A stretch of 60,657 nt of DNA, counting the filler, from Nemertoderma westbladi (Eukaryota; Animalia; Xenacoelomorpha), in assembly GCA_032718475.1 (NCBI GenBank). It is 3 parts of 3 records of this genome, joined end to end, with 100 filler letters (N's around TTAATTAATTAA, not from the genome) between each part and the next. Parts side by side here need not be neighbours in the genome. Positions count along the whole stretch, not along the records: positions 20,219 to 47,990 come from JAUCBJ010004715.1; positions 48,091 to 60,657 come from JAUCBJ010003950.1; 1 more part is not named here. The stretch is one strand, 5' to 3'. The notes under the pieces were generated by a model. That model was not told the origin of the DNA. It worked only from the letters and a program-made list of their open reading frames with translations, and searched no databases. Below are positions 35,501 to 49,945 of this stretch, one piece after another; positions within the stretch are counted from its first letter, which is position 1, and each line of letters opens with the position of its first letter. The translations under genes and the position numbers were made by a program.

Positions 35501-38500
35501 AGGGCAGGAAGGCAAAAAATGTGAGTGAGAGATCGGTAGTGGAGGGAGGTAAACCAACGGCTGGTAGTGGAGGGCAGGAAGGCAAAAAAGGTGAGTGAGA
35601 GATCGGAAGTGGAGGGCAGGAAGGCAAAAAAGGTGAGTGAGAGATCGGTAGTGGAGGAAGGTAAACCAACGGCTGGTAGTGGAGGGCAGGAAGGCAAAAA
35701 AGGTGAGTGAGAGATCGGTAGTGGGGGGCAGGAAGGCAAAAAAGGTGAGTGAGAGATCGGTAGTGGAGGGCAGGAAGGCAAAAAAGGTGAGTGAGAGATC
35801 GGTAGTGGGGGGCAGGAAGGCAAAAAAGGTGAGTGAGAGATCGGTAGTGGAGGAAGGTAAACCAACGGCTGGTAGTGGAGGGCAGGAAGGCAAAAAAGGT
35901 GAGTGAGCGATCGGTAGTGGAGGAAGGTAAACCAACGGCTGGTAGTGGGGGGCAGGAAGGCAAAAAAGGTGAGTGAGAGATCGGTAGTGGAGGGCAGGAA
36001 GGCAAAAAAGGTGAGTGAGAGATCGGTAGTGGGGGGCAGGAAGGCAAAAAAGGTGAGTGAGAGATCGGTAGTGGAGGGAGGTAAACCAACGGCTGGTAGT
36101 GGAGGGCAGGAAGGCAAAAAAGGTGAGTGAGAGATCGGTAGTGGGGGGCAGGAAGGCAAAAAAGGTGAGTGAGAGATCGGTAGTGGGGGGCAGGAAGGCA
36201 AAAAAGGTGAGTGAGAGATCGGTAGTGGAGGGCAGGAAGGCAAAAAAGGTGAGTGAGAGATCGGTAGTGGGGGGCAGGAAGGCAAAAAAGGTGAGTGAGA
36301 GATCGGTAGTGGAGGGAGGTAAACCAACGGCTGGTAGTGGAGGGCAGGAAGGCAAAAAAGGTGAGTGAGAGATCGGTAGTGGGGGGCAGGAAGGCAAAAA
36401 AGGTGAGTGAGAGATCGGTAGTGGAGGGCAGGAAGGCAAAAAAGGTGAGTGAGAGATCGGTAGTGGAGGGAGGTAAACCAACGGCTGGTAGTGGAGGCCA
36501 GGAAGGCAAAAAAGGTGAGTGAGAGATCGGTAGTGGAGGGAGGTAAACCAACGGCTGGTAGTGGCGGGCAGGAAGGCAAAAAAGGTGAGTGAGAGATCGG
36601 TAGTGGAGGGAGGTAAACCAACGGCTGGTAGTGGAGGGCTGGAAGGCAAAAAAGGTGAGTGAGAGATCGGTAGTGGAGGGAGGTAAACCAACGGCTGGTA
36701 GTGGAGGGCTGGAAGGCAAAAAAGGTGAGTGAGAGATCGGTAGTGGAGGGCAGGAAGGCAAAAAAGGTGAGTGAGAGATCGGTAGTGGAGGGAGGTAAAC
36801 CAACGGCTGGTAGTGGAGGGCTGGAAGGCAAAAAAGGTGAGTGAGAGATCGGTAGTGGAGGGCAGGAAGGCAAAAAAGGTGAGTGAGAGATCGGTAGTGG
36901 AGGGCAGGAAGGCAAAAAAGGTGAGTGAGAGATCGGTAGTGGAGGGAGGTAAACCAACGGCTGGTAGTGGAGGCCAGGAAGGCAAAAAAGGTGAGTGAGA
37001 GATCGGTAGTGGAGGGAGGTAAACCAACGGCTGGTAGTGGAGGGCTGGAAGGCAAAAAAGGTGAGTGAGAGATCGGTAGTGGAGGGCAGGAAGGCAAAAA
37101 AGGTGAGTGAGAGATCGGTAGTGGAGGGCAGGAAGGCAAAAAAGGTGAGTGAGAGATCGGTAGTGGAGGGCAGGAAGGCAAAAAAGGTGAGTGAGAGATC
37201 GGTAGTGGAGGGAGGTAAACCAACGGCTGGTAGTGGAGGGCAGGAAGGCCTAAAAGGTGAGTGACAGATCGGTAGTGGAGGGCAGGAAGGCAAAAAAGGT
37301 GAGTGAGAGATCAGTAGTGGAGGGCAGGAAGGCAAAAAAGGTGAGTGAGAGATCGGTAGTGGAGGGAGGTAAACCAACGGCTGGTAGTGGAGGGCAGGAA
37401 GGCCAAAAAGGTGAGTGACAGATCGGTAGTGGAGGGCAGGAAGGCAAAAAAGGTGAGTGAGAGATCAGTAGTGGAGGGCAGGAAGGCAAAAAAAGTGAGT
37501 GAGAGATCGGTAGTAGAGGGAGGTAAACCAACGGCTGGTAGTGGCGGGCAGGAAGGCAAAAAAGGTGAGTGAGAGATCGGTAGTGGAGGGCAGGAAGGCA
37601 AAAAAGGTGAGTGAGAGATCGGTAGTGGATGGAGGTAAACCAACGGCTGGTAGTGGAGGGCTGGAATGCAAAAAAGGTGAGTGAGAGATCGGTAGTGGAG
37701 GGCAGGAAGGCAAAAAAAGTGAGTGAGAGATCGGTAGTAGAGGGAGGTAAACCAACGGCTGGTAGTGGAGGGCTGGAAGGCAAAAAAGGTGAGTGAGAGA
37801 TCGGTAGTGGAGGGCAGGAAGGCAAAAAAGGTGAGTGAGAGATCGGTAGTGGAGGGAGGTAAACCAACGGCTGGTAGTGGAGGGCAGGAAGGCAAAAAAG
37901 GTGAGTGAGAGATCGGTAGTGGAGGGCAGGAAGGCAAAAAAGGTGAGTGAGAGATCGGTAGTGGATGGAGGTAAACCAACGGCTGGTAGTGGAGGGCTGG
38001 AATGCAAAAAAGGTGAGTGAGAGATCGGTAGTGGAGGACAGGAAGGCAACAAAGGTGAGTGAGAGATCGGTAGTGGAGGGCAGGAAGGCAAAAAGGTGAG
38101 TGAGAGATCGGTAGTGGAGGGCAGGAAGGCAAAAAAGGTGAGTGAGAGATCGGTAGTGGAGGGAGGTAAACCAACGGCTGGTAGTGGAGGGCAGGAAGGC
38201 AAAAAAGGTGAGTGAGAGATCGGTAGTGGAGGGCAGGAAGGCAAAAAAGGTGAGTGAGAGATCGGTAGTGGAGGGAGGTAAACCAACGGCTGGTAGTGGA
38301 GGGCTGGAAGGCAAAAAAGGTGAGTGAGAGATCAGTAGTGGAGGGCAGGAAGGCAAAAAAAGTGAGTGAGAGATCGGTAGTAGAGGGAGGTAAACCAACG
38401 GCTGGTAGTGGAGGGCTGGAAGGCAAAAAAGGTGAGTGAGAGATCGGTAGTGGAGGGCAGGAAGGCAAAAAAGGTGAGTGAGAGATCGGTAGTGGAGGGA

Positions 38501-39642
38501 GGTAAACCAACGGCTGGTAGTGGAGGGCAGGAAGGCAAAAAAGGTGAGTGAGAGATCGGTAGTGGAGGGCAGGAAGGCAACAAAGGTGAGTGAGAGATCG
38601 GTAGTGGAGGGAGGTAAACCAACGGCTGGTAGTGGAGGGCTGGAAGGCAAAAAAGGTGAGTGAGAGATCAGTAGTGGAGGGCAGGAAGGCAAAAAAGGTG
38701 AGTGAGAGATCGGTAGTGGAGGGCAGGAAGGCAAAAAAGGTGAGTGAGAGATCGGTAGTGGAGGGAGGTAAACCAACGGCTGGTAGTGGAGGGCTGGAAG
38801 GCAAAAAAGGTGAGTGAGAGATCAGTAGTGGAGGGCAGGAAGGCAAAAAAAGTGAGTGAGAGATCGGTAGTAGAGGGAGGTAAACCAACGGCTGGTAGTG
38901 GAGGGCTGGAAGGCAAAAAAGGTGAGTGAGAGATCGGTAGTGGAGGGCAGGAAGGCAAAAAAGGTGAGTGAGAGATCGGTAGTGGAGGGAGGTAAACCAA
39001 CGGCTGGTAGTGGAGGGCAGGAAGGCAAAAAAGGTGAGTGAGAGATCGGTAGTGGAGGGCAGGAAGGCAAAAAAGGTGAGTGAGAGATCGGTAGTGGATG
39101 GAGGTAAACCAACGGCTGGTAGTGGAGGGCTGGAATGCAAAAAAGGTGAGTGAGAGATCGGTAGTGGAGGACAGGAAGGCAACAAAGGTGAGTGAGAGAT
39201 CGGTAGTGGAGGGCAGGAAGGCAAAAAGGTGAGTGAGAGATCGGTAGTGGAGGGCAGGAAGGCAAAAAAGGTGAGTGAGAGATCGGTAGTGGAGGGAGGT
39301 AAACCAACGGCTGGTAGTGGAGGGCAGGAAGGCAAAAAAGGTGAGTGAGAGATCGGTAGTGGAGGGCAGGAAGGCAAAAAAGGTGAGTGAGAGATCGGTA
39401 GTGGAGGGAGGTAAACCAACGGCTGGTAGTGGAGGGCTGGAAGGCAAAAAAGGTGAGTGAGAGATCGGTAGTGGGGGGGCAGGAAGGCAAAAAAGGTGAG
39501 TGAGAGATCGGTAGTGGGGGGCAGGAAGGCAAAAAAGGTGAGTGAGAGATCGGTAGTGGAGGGCAGGAAGGCAAAAAAGGTGAGTGAGAGATCGGTAGTG
39601 GAGGGCAGGAAGGCAAAAAGGTGAGTGAGAGATCGGTAGTGG
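32500..39642. repeat. 7.1-kb array of 42-bp and 28-bp units derived from the ch-TOG exon end plus donor
   Basis: Units ggtagtggagggcaggaaggcaaaaaag|gtgagtgagagatc and ggtagtggagggaggtaaaccaacggct. Confidence 0.98.
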
Positions 39643-39743
39643 TAGAAGTAGATCGATAACACATTTGATGTGATATAATCATATAGGGGTCGTTGTAAGA
39701 TCCGCTTCTTTCTGTTTAAAGAAAATTATTATATTAATTTTAG

Positions 39744-39925
39744 TTAAAGATAAGAAAGTTTCTAAGCCGAAAGAGACGAAACAACCAGTGGGGCCGCCAT
39801 CCGAGAGACAACTTGCATACGAGGAAGCGGTTGAGATCGTCAAGGAAACCTTGGGGGAGAAAACAATGGGCCAATTAGAGAACGCCACGTGGAAGGAAAG
39901 ATTGGAGGCGACAGAGTTCATACAG
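39744..39925 (+). CDS. CKAP5: ch-TOG internal exon (start of TOG3)
   Basis: LENATWKERLEA matches the TOG first-HEAT WKERL motif; ttttag| and CAG|gttgtt; phase 1-0. Confidence 0.9.
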
Positions 39926-40037
39926 GTTGTTAGATGTTCTAGAATGATAAAAATTCAAATAACCCTAGTTTATTTGGTCCAATCTAAATAACTCATGTTT
40001 TACTTTATCTTATTGTTTAACTGCTTTATTCTTCTAG

Positions 40038-40251
40038 AATTACATCTCATCGGCTGAACCCAACTCTGTTCCAATGCAAGCCGTACTGCTGGCCATGGCA
40101 GGAAAGAAATCCGATTGGAGAGAAAATAACTTCCAGGTCTTAATGGCTAAATTCAAGATCGTCGCCCAATTGGCTACCCATTGTAAGGTAACCATTCAAT
40201 CAGCTGAAGTCGCCATGTCTGGATTGGTTGACAAACTCGGTGACGCCAAAG
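40038..40251 (+). CDS. CKAP5: ch-TOG internal exon (TOG3)
   Basis: KKSDWRENNFQV..K..IV, GLVDKLGDAK; ttctag| and AAAG|gttcgt. Confidence 0.92.
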
Positions 40252-41924
40252 GTTCGTCTGTAACATCATTGAAATTCCGACCCACACAACTCCGAACCAA
40301 AACAATCATAAGGAATCAACAACCAAAATGACTTTTGCAGGGGAAATATATTTATAAATACAATTTAGGATCAATGAAACTTGGGGGGGGGGGTCTTACT
40401 CTGCAAACATAATGTAAAACTAAAACACGTAAATAAACCGCACGAAAAATGTTCAATGTATAATCGTGAACTCGTCAGGGCCTGGGCCCAACAACACCAC
40501 CCCACCACCTCTCCAAATACACTCTCACACCTATAAACTACCTCTTATATATTTAACCTAACCAAACCAAATAAACTAAATGATACCATTATTGTAAACT
40601 TTTAACTACAACCTATATTTATTAGAAAAGTATGACATTTGTCAGCCGCATAAAGGGAAGTACTAGTTAGCGGAAGAAAAATAATCAATTTATAAAAAAA
40701 ATCTGGGTGTGTCTCGATAGCCTGAGACCAGTACGCGCTAATCTCTGGCTATATTTCATCAGCTGGACTGGAAATTAGCCAAGAATATGATTAGAAAACT
40801 TTTCTAGAATCCTGGAGTCGTAAGTTGTCTGTCTGTACAGGCCAACCTCATTACTTTCGTTACCGGTACTCAATATATGCGGAGAAGTTAACAAATTTAC
40901 TCTATAAAATTATTTTAGTTAGATTTAGTTGGAGATTAATAATGATATCTTATTATAATTTCATATCATTTGTTAAACACAAGTTACTGTCAATCAATAA
41001 TCCGTAAATTTAATTAGTTTTAAATGATTTCTTGTGGCTCTAAATCACATTAAATCGTCATTATTTGTAGGTTGAGATTATTAAACCTGTAAGCGATTCA
41101 TTGTTTCTGACTGATGGTGATGTCGAATTATGCGGGGCGATTCATGTATATGACGGAGCCTCTTAAAAATGCAATAATCACTACACAATTATTCCCTTTT
41201 TCCCCTTCTCCCACCGTAATATTTCTCTCTAAATATATCCAATATCCCGATGTATTTCCACCCCAGACATCCTTAGCCGGCCTCACCCACAATATCTAAC
41301 CAATATTGCCGGCTACTCCCCCATGAATCATTCCAATCCAATAAAGGAGGCAACCACACAACCTCCTTCCTTTCTCTCATTGGCCCTCAACACGCCAACC
41401 TCACCTAACTATCACCCTCACCCAGTTACCCAGTTGTTAGCAAAGGAATAATTGGTCACCTTCAAAACTCTATTGTCTTTCCTTAATAATTGATTATTGG
41501 TCAGTCAATCATACAATGTGTTAATCATATTTTACATGGGTTGAACGTAAAATCTCTGCACTAGAAAGACAAACTCTGTTTAGGTGATAATTAGGGGTCA
41601 ACTTCATATCGACCCGACACCGGGTTTAAAAAGGGCCGTATTTGGGTTGAGAAGTGAGTCCCAACAACCAGCCTAACAGTACGCCGCCTCGGCAGCTAAA
41701 CTGGATTCTGCTCCAAGTTAGAGGGCGTCTTTGTTCCTGGGCCGTGCCCTAATAAGGCTTCGCGGTCGCTAGGAGCTTAAGACGATTCCGCCTAAGGACT
41801 GAGCTTCACTGGCTACTTAGTTCGTCCCAGGACCAACTATTTAGTTTTGGGGGCAAAGTAGCAGTGTCCCTATAGGCTTAGACTCTGTCAGTTACGGTAG
41901 TGCTTGTGCACTTTGTAACTCTGT

Positions 41925-44900
41925 GTGGTATGATCGATCTCTGTGTTCTTCTATTTATAGGCGTCCCCTGCCCAATCTGCACTCACTGCTCTAGAGGTAT
42001 GATCGATCTCTGTGTTCTTCCATTTATAGGCGCCCCCGGCCCAATCAGCACTCACTGCTCTAGAGATATGATCGATCTCTGTGTTCTTCCATTTATAGGC
42101 GTCCCCCGGCCCAATATGCACTCACTGCTCTAGAGGTATGATCGATCTCTGTGTTCTTCCATTTATAGGCGCCCCCCTGCCCAATCTGCACTCACTGCTC
42201 TAGAGGTATGATCGATCTCTGTGTTCTTCCATTTATAGGCGTCCCCCTGCCCAATCGGCACTCACTGCTCTAGAGGTATGATCGATCTCTGTGTTCTTCC
42301 ATTTATAGGCGTCCCCCGGCCCAATATGCACTCACTGCTCTAGAGGTATGATAGATCTCTGTGATCTTCCATTTATAGGCGTCCCCCGGCCCAATCTGCA
42401 CTCATTGCCCTAGAGATATGATCGATCTCTGTGTTCTTCCATTTATAGGCGCCCCCCTGCCCAATCTGCACTCACTGCCCTAGGTATGATCGATCTGTGT
42501 TCTTCCATTTATAGGTGGCCCCCCGGCCCAATATGCACTCACTGCTCTAGAGGTATGATCGATCTCTGTGTTCTTCCATTTATAGGCGTCCCCCGGCCCA
42601 ATCTGCACTCACTGCCCTAGGTATGATCGATCTGTGTTCTTCCATTTATAGGCGTCCCCCGGCCCAATCTGCACTCATTGCCCTAGAGATATGATCGATC
42701 TCTGTGTTCTTCCAATTATAGGCGCCCCCCTGCCCAATCTGCACTCACTGCCCTAGGTATGATCGATCTGTGTTCTTCCATTTATAGGTGGCCCCCCGGC
42801 CCAATATGCACTCACTGCTCTAGAGGTATGATCGATCTCTGTGATCTTCCATTTATAGGCGTCCCCCTGCCCAATCTGCACTCACTGCCCTAGGTATGAT
42901 CGATCTCTGTGTTCTTCCATTTATAGGCGCCCCCCTGCCCAATCTGCACTCACTGCTCTAGAGGTATGATCGATCTGTGTTCTTCCATTTATAGGTGGCC
43001 CCCCGGCCCAATATGCACTCACTGCTCTAGAGGTATGATAGATCTCTGTGATCTTCCATTTATAGGCGTCCCCTACCCAATCGGCACTCACTGCTCTAGA
43101 GATATGATCGATCTCTGTGTTCTTCCATTTATAGGCGCCCCCCTGCCCAATCTGCACTCACTGCCCTAGGTATGATCGATCTCTGTGTTCTTCCATTTAT
43201 AGGCGTCCCCCTGCCCAATCTGCACTCACTGCTCTAGAGGTATGATCGATCTCTGTGTTCTTCCATTTATAGGCGCCCCCCTGCCCAATCTGCACTCACT
43301 GCCCTAGGTATGATCGATCTGTGTTCTTCCATTTATAGGTGGCCCCCCGGCCCAATATGCACTCACTGCTCTAGAGGTATGATAGATCTCTGTGATCTTC
43401 CATTTATAGGCGTCCCCCGGCCCAATCTGCACTCACTGCTCTAGAGGTATGATAGATCTCTGTGTTCTTCCATTTATAGGCGCCCCCCTGGCCAATCTGC
43501 ACTCACTGCTCTAGAGGTATGATCGATCTCTGTGATCTTCCATTTATAGGCGCCCCCCTGCCCAATCTGCACTCACTGCTCTAGAGGTATGATAGATCTC
43601 TGTGATCTTCCATTTATAGGCGTCCCCTACCCAATCGGCACTCACTGCTCTAGAGGTATGATCGATCTCTGTGTTCTTCCATTTATAGGCGCCCCCGGCA
43701 CAATCTGCACTCACTGCTCTAGAGGTATGATCGATCTCTGTGTTCTTCCATTTATAGGCGTCCCCCTGCCCAATCTGCACTCACTGCCCTAGGTATGATC
43801 GATCTGTGTTCTTCCATTTATAGGCGCCCCTCTGCCCAATCTGCACTCACTGCTCTAGAGGTATGATCGATCTCTGTGTTCTTCCATTTATAGGCGCCCC
43901 CCTGCCCAATCTGCACTCACTGCTCTAGAGGTATGATCGATCTCTGTGTTCTTCCATTTATAGGCGCCCCCCTGCCCAATCTGCACTCACTGCTCTAGAG
44001 GTATGATCGATCTCTGTGTTCTTCCATTTATAGGCGCCCCCCTGCCCAATCGGCACTCACTGCTCTAGAGGTATGATCGATCTCTGTGTTCTTCCATTTA
44101 TAGGCGCCCCCGGCACAATCTGCACTCACTGCTCTAGAGGTATGATCGATCTCTGTGTTCTTCCATTTATAGGCGTCCCCCTGCCCAATCTGCACTCACT
44201 GCCCTAGGTATGATCGATCTGTGTTCTTCCATTTATAGGCGCCCCTCTGCCCAATCTGCACTCACTGCTCTAGAGGTATGATCGATCTCTGTGTTCTTCC
44301 ATTTATAGGCGCCCCCCTGCCCAATCTGCACTCACTGCTCTAGAGGTATGATCGATCTCTGTGTTCTTCCATTTATAGGCGCCCCCCTGCCCAATCTGCA
44401 CTCACTGCTCTAGAGGTATGATCGATCTCTGTGTTCTTCCATTTATAGGCGCCCCCCTGCCCAATCTGCACTCACTGCTCTAGAGGTATGATCGATCTCT
44501 GTGTTCTTCCATTTATAGGCGCCCCCCTGCCCAATCTGCACTCACTGCTCTAGAGGTATGATCGATCTCTGTGTTCTTCCATTTATAGGCGCCCCCCTGC
44601 CCAATCTGCACTCACTGCTCTAGAGGTATGATCGATCTCTGTGTTCTTCCATTTATAGGCGCCCCCCTGCCCAATCTGCACTCACTGCTCTAGAGGTATG
44701 ATCGATCTCTGTGATCTTCCATTTATAGGCGCCCCCCTGCCCAATCTGCACTTACTGCTCTAGAGGTATGATCGATCTCTGTGTTCTTCCATTTATAGGC
44801 GTCCCCCTGCCCAATCTGCACTCACTGCTCTAGAGGTATGATCGATCTCTGTGATCTTCCATTTATAGGCGCCCCCCTGCCCAATCTGCACTCACTGCTC

Positions 44901-47900
44901 TAGAGGTATGATCGATCTCTGTGATCTTCCATTTATAGGCGCCCCCCTGCCCAATCTGCACTCACTGCTCTAGAGGTATGATCGATCTCTGTGTTCTTCC
45001 ATTTATAGGCGTCCCCTACCCAATCTGCACTCACTGCTCTAGAGGTATGATCGATCTCTGTGATCTTCCATTTATAGGCGCCCCCCTGCCCAATCTGCAC
45101 TCACTGCTCTAGAGGTATGATCGATCTCTGTGTTCTTCCATTTATAGGCGTCCCCTACCCAATCTGCACTCACTGCTCTAGAGGTATGATCGATCTCTGT
45201 GTTCTTCCATTTATAGGCGTCCCCTACCCAATCTGCACTCACTGCTCTAGAGGTATGATCGATCTCTGTGTTCTTCCATTTATAGGCGTCCCCTACCCAA
45301 TCTGCACTCACTGCTCTAGAGGTATGATCGATCTCTGTGTTCTTCCATTTATAGGCGTCCCCTACCCAATCTGCACTCACTGCTCTAGAGGTATGATCGA
45401 TCTCTGTGTTCTTCCATTTATAGGCGTCCCCTACCCAATCTGCACTCACTGCTCTAGAGGTATGATCGATCTCTGTGTTCTTCCATTTATAGGCGTCCCC
45501 TACCCAATCTGCACTCACTGCTCTAGAGGTATGATCGATCTCTGTGTTCTTCCATTTATAGGCGTCCCCTACCCAATCTGCACTCACTGCTCTAGAGGTA
45601 TGATCGATCTCTGTGATCTTCCATTTATAGGCGCCCCTCTGCCCAATCTGCACTCACTGCTCTAGAGGTATGATCGATCTCTGTGATCTTCCATTTATAG
45701 GCGCCCCTCTGCCCAATCTGCACTCACTGCTCTAGAGGTATGATAGATCTCTGTGTTCTTCCATTTTTAGGCGTCCCCCTGCCCAATCTGCACTCACTGC
45801 TCTAGAGGTATGATCGATCTCTGTGATCTTCCATTTATAGGCGCCCCCCTGCCCAATCTGCACTCACTGCTCTAGAGGTATGATCGATCTCTCTGTTCTT
45901 CCATTTATAAGCGTCCCCCTGCCCAATCTGCACTCACTGCTCTAGGTATGATCGATCTGTGTTCTTCCATTTATAGGTGGCCCCCCGGCCCAATATGCAC
46001 TCACTGCTCTAGAGGTATGATAGATCTCTGTGATCTTCCATTTATAGGCGTCCCCTACCCAATCGGCACTCACTGCTCTAGAGGTATGATCGATCTCTGT
46101 GTTCTTCCATTTATAGGCGTCCCCCGGCCCAATATGCACTCACTGCTCTAGAGGTATGATCGATCTCTGTGTTCTTCCATTTATAGGCGCCCCCCTGCCC
46201 AATCTGCACTCACTGCTCTAGAGGTATGATCGATCTCTGTGTTCTTCCATTTATAGGCGTCCCCCTGCCCAATCTGCACTCACTGCTCTAGAGGTATGAT
46301 CGATCTCTGTGTTCTTCCATTTATAGGCGCCCCCCTGCCCAATCTGCACTCACTGCTCTAGAGGTATGATCGATCTCTGTGTTCTTCCATTTATAGGCGT
46401 CCCCCGGCCCAATATGCACTCGCTGCTCTAGAGGTATGATAGATCTCTGTGTTCTTCCATTTATAGGCGTCCCCCTGGCCAATCTGCACTCACTGCTCTA
46501 GAGGTATGATCGATCTCTGTGTTCTTCCATTTATAGGCGACCCCTGCCCAATCTGCACTCACTGCCCTAGGTATGATCGATCTCTGTGTTCTTCCATTTA
46601 TAGGTGGCCCCCGGCCCAATCTGCACTCACTGCTCTAGAGGTATGATCGATCTCTGTGTTCTTCCATTTATAGGCGTCCCCCGGCCCAATCTGCACTTAC
46701 TGCCCTAGGTATGATCGATCTGTGTTCTTCCATTTATAGGTGGCCCCCCGGCCCAATCTGCACTCACTGCTCTAGAGGTATGATAGATCTCTGTGATCTT
46801 CCATTTATAGGCGTCCCCCGGCCCAATCTGCACTCACTGCTCTAGAGGTATGATCGATCTCTGTGTTCTTCCATTTATAGGCGCCCCCCTGCCCAATCTG
46901 CACTCACTGCTCTAGAGGTATGATCGATCTCTGTGTTCTTCCATTTATAGGCGTCCCCCGGCCCAATATGCACTCACTGCTCTAGAGGTATGATAGATCT
47001 CTGTGATCTTCCATTTATAGGCGTCCCCCGGCCCAATATGCACTCACTGCTCTAGAGGTATGATAGATCTCTGTGATCTTCCATTTATAGGCGCCCCCCT
47101 GCCCAATCTGCACTCACTGCTCTAGAGGTATGATCGATCTCTGTGTTCTTCCATTTATAGGCGTCCCCCGGCCCAATATGCACTCACTGCTCTAGAGGTA
47201 TGATAGATCTCTGTGATCTTCCATTTATAGGCGTCCCCCGGCCCAATATGCACTCACTGCTCTAGAGGTATGATAGATCTCTGTGATCTTCCATTTATAG
47301 GCGTCCCCTGCCCAATCTGCACTCACTGCTCTAGAGGTATGATCGATCTCTGTGATCTTCCATTTATAGGCGCCCCCTGCCCAATCTGCACTCACTGCTC
47401 TAGAGGTATGATCACTGCTCTAGAGGTATGATCGATCTCTGTGTTCTTCCATTTATAGGCGTCCCCGGCCCAATCTGCACTCACTGCTCTAGAGGTATGA
47501 TCGATCTCTGTGTTCTTCCATTTATAAGCGTCCCCCTGCCCAATCTGCACTCACTGCTCTAGAGGTATGATCGATCTCTGTGATCTTCCATTTATAGGCG
47601 CCCCCTGCCCAATCTGCACTCACTGCTCTAGAGGTATGATCACTGCTCCTAGAGGTATGATCGATCTCTGTGATCTTCCATTTATAGGCGCCCCCCCTGC
47701 CCAATCTGCACTCACTGCTCTAGAGGTATGATCGATCTCTGTGTTCTTCCATTTATAGGCGCCCCCGGCACAATCTGCACTCACTGCTCTAGAGGTATGA
47801 TAGATCTCTGTGTTCTTCCATTTATAGGCGCCCCCGGCACAATCTGCACTCACTGCTCTAGAGGTATGATCGATCTCTGTGTTCTTCCATTTATAAACGT

Positions 47901-47990
47901 CCCCCGGCCCAATCTGCACTCACTGCTCTAGAGGTATGATAGATCTCTGTGTTCCCATTTATAGGTGGCCCCCCTGCCCAATCAGCACTC
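41925..47990. repeat. ~60-bp array, about 100 copies, derived from the acceptor plus 5' end of the next ch-TOG exon
   Basis: Unit tgttcttccatttatag|gcgcccccctgcccaatctgcactcactgctctagaggtatgatcgatctctg. Confidence 0.97.
47965..47990 (+). CDS. CKAP5: Probable start of the next ch-TOG exon, truncated by the gap
   Basis: tttatag|GT GGC CCC CCT GCC CAA TCA GCA CTC gives DAK-GGPPAQSAL(TAL), in register with recalled CKAP5 DVKCGNNAKEAMTAI; phase 1 fits. Confidence 0.65.
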
Positions 47991-48090
47991 NNNNNNNNNN
48001 NNNNNNNNNNNNNNNNNNNNNNNNNNNNNNNNNNTTAATTAATTAANNNNNNNNNNNNNNNNNNNNNNNNNNNNNNNNNNNNNNNNNNNN
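47991..48090. other. Scaffold gap with TTAATTAATTAA linker
   Basis: N runs with an artificial spacer. Confidence 0.98.
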
Positions 48091-49250
<1,160 letters not shown>

Positions 49251-49439
49251 AATCAAGACTTACCTGGCAAACTGTAAATGAGGTATCTGGTCTGAAAAGT
49301 TGGGCGCCTCAAAGCCGATAGTCCTGAAGAACGTGTTGGGAAGTGGAAAAATCACTTCAGCAACTTGCTTGGGCAGCCACCAAACATCGAGGTCAGCCCT
49401 ACAAGGAAAATATATGACAAGACACTACCTATAGAAACA

Positions 49440-49945
49440 CGAAGTGGGGACTTCGCGCAGCACGAAGTTGGCAGAGCCTTAGCGAATTGACACTGTTAGG
49501 GGGTAGGTCAATTTATGCAAATAGTCACGTTGGCCCTCTAGCGGCAGACTGGAGAACTGCAGATGGATTCGCCTCCTTTGAAAGTCACAGCTAATGGTCT
49601 AATACATATCTGCCAAGTTTCAGCTTAAACGGATTAAAAGCAAAGAAATGGGAGGGCATTTAATGTTTAGACATGTGGCCCTCTAGCGGGAGACCATTGC
49701 ACTGATGGTGTCTGAAAGTCTCTCAAAAATCTAAACTTTTGCTCATATTGATACCTACAAATTTTCAACTTGGCAGCTTTAAATCCGACAAAGTTATTAG
49801 CATGTCAAAATCGTAACGACGACGACGACGACGACGACAACGACGACGACGACGACAACGACGACGACAACTATTTGCATAAATTGACCCACCCCCTAAC
49901 AGTGTCAATTCGCTAAGGCTCCGCCAACTTCGTGGCTCGCCCCAC
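49440..49945 (+). mobile_element. Second copy of the (GAC)n element, inserted in the LINE
   Basis: 49530-49945 is nearly identical to 48661-49250; its left end has an inverted copy of the terminal motif. Confidence 0.8.

Noticed and set aside
32415-39682. Very long minus-strand ORFs (up to 1221 aa)
   Set aside because: By-products of a stop-free satellite strand, open in several frames; they lie in a ch-TOG intron.
41600-41900. GC-richer segment as possible ribozyme or ncRNA
   Set aside because: No hammerhead or HDV core motif could be identified by eye.
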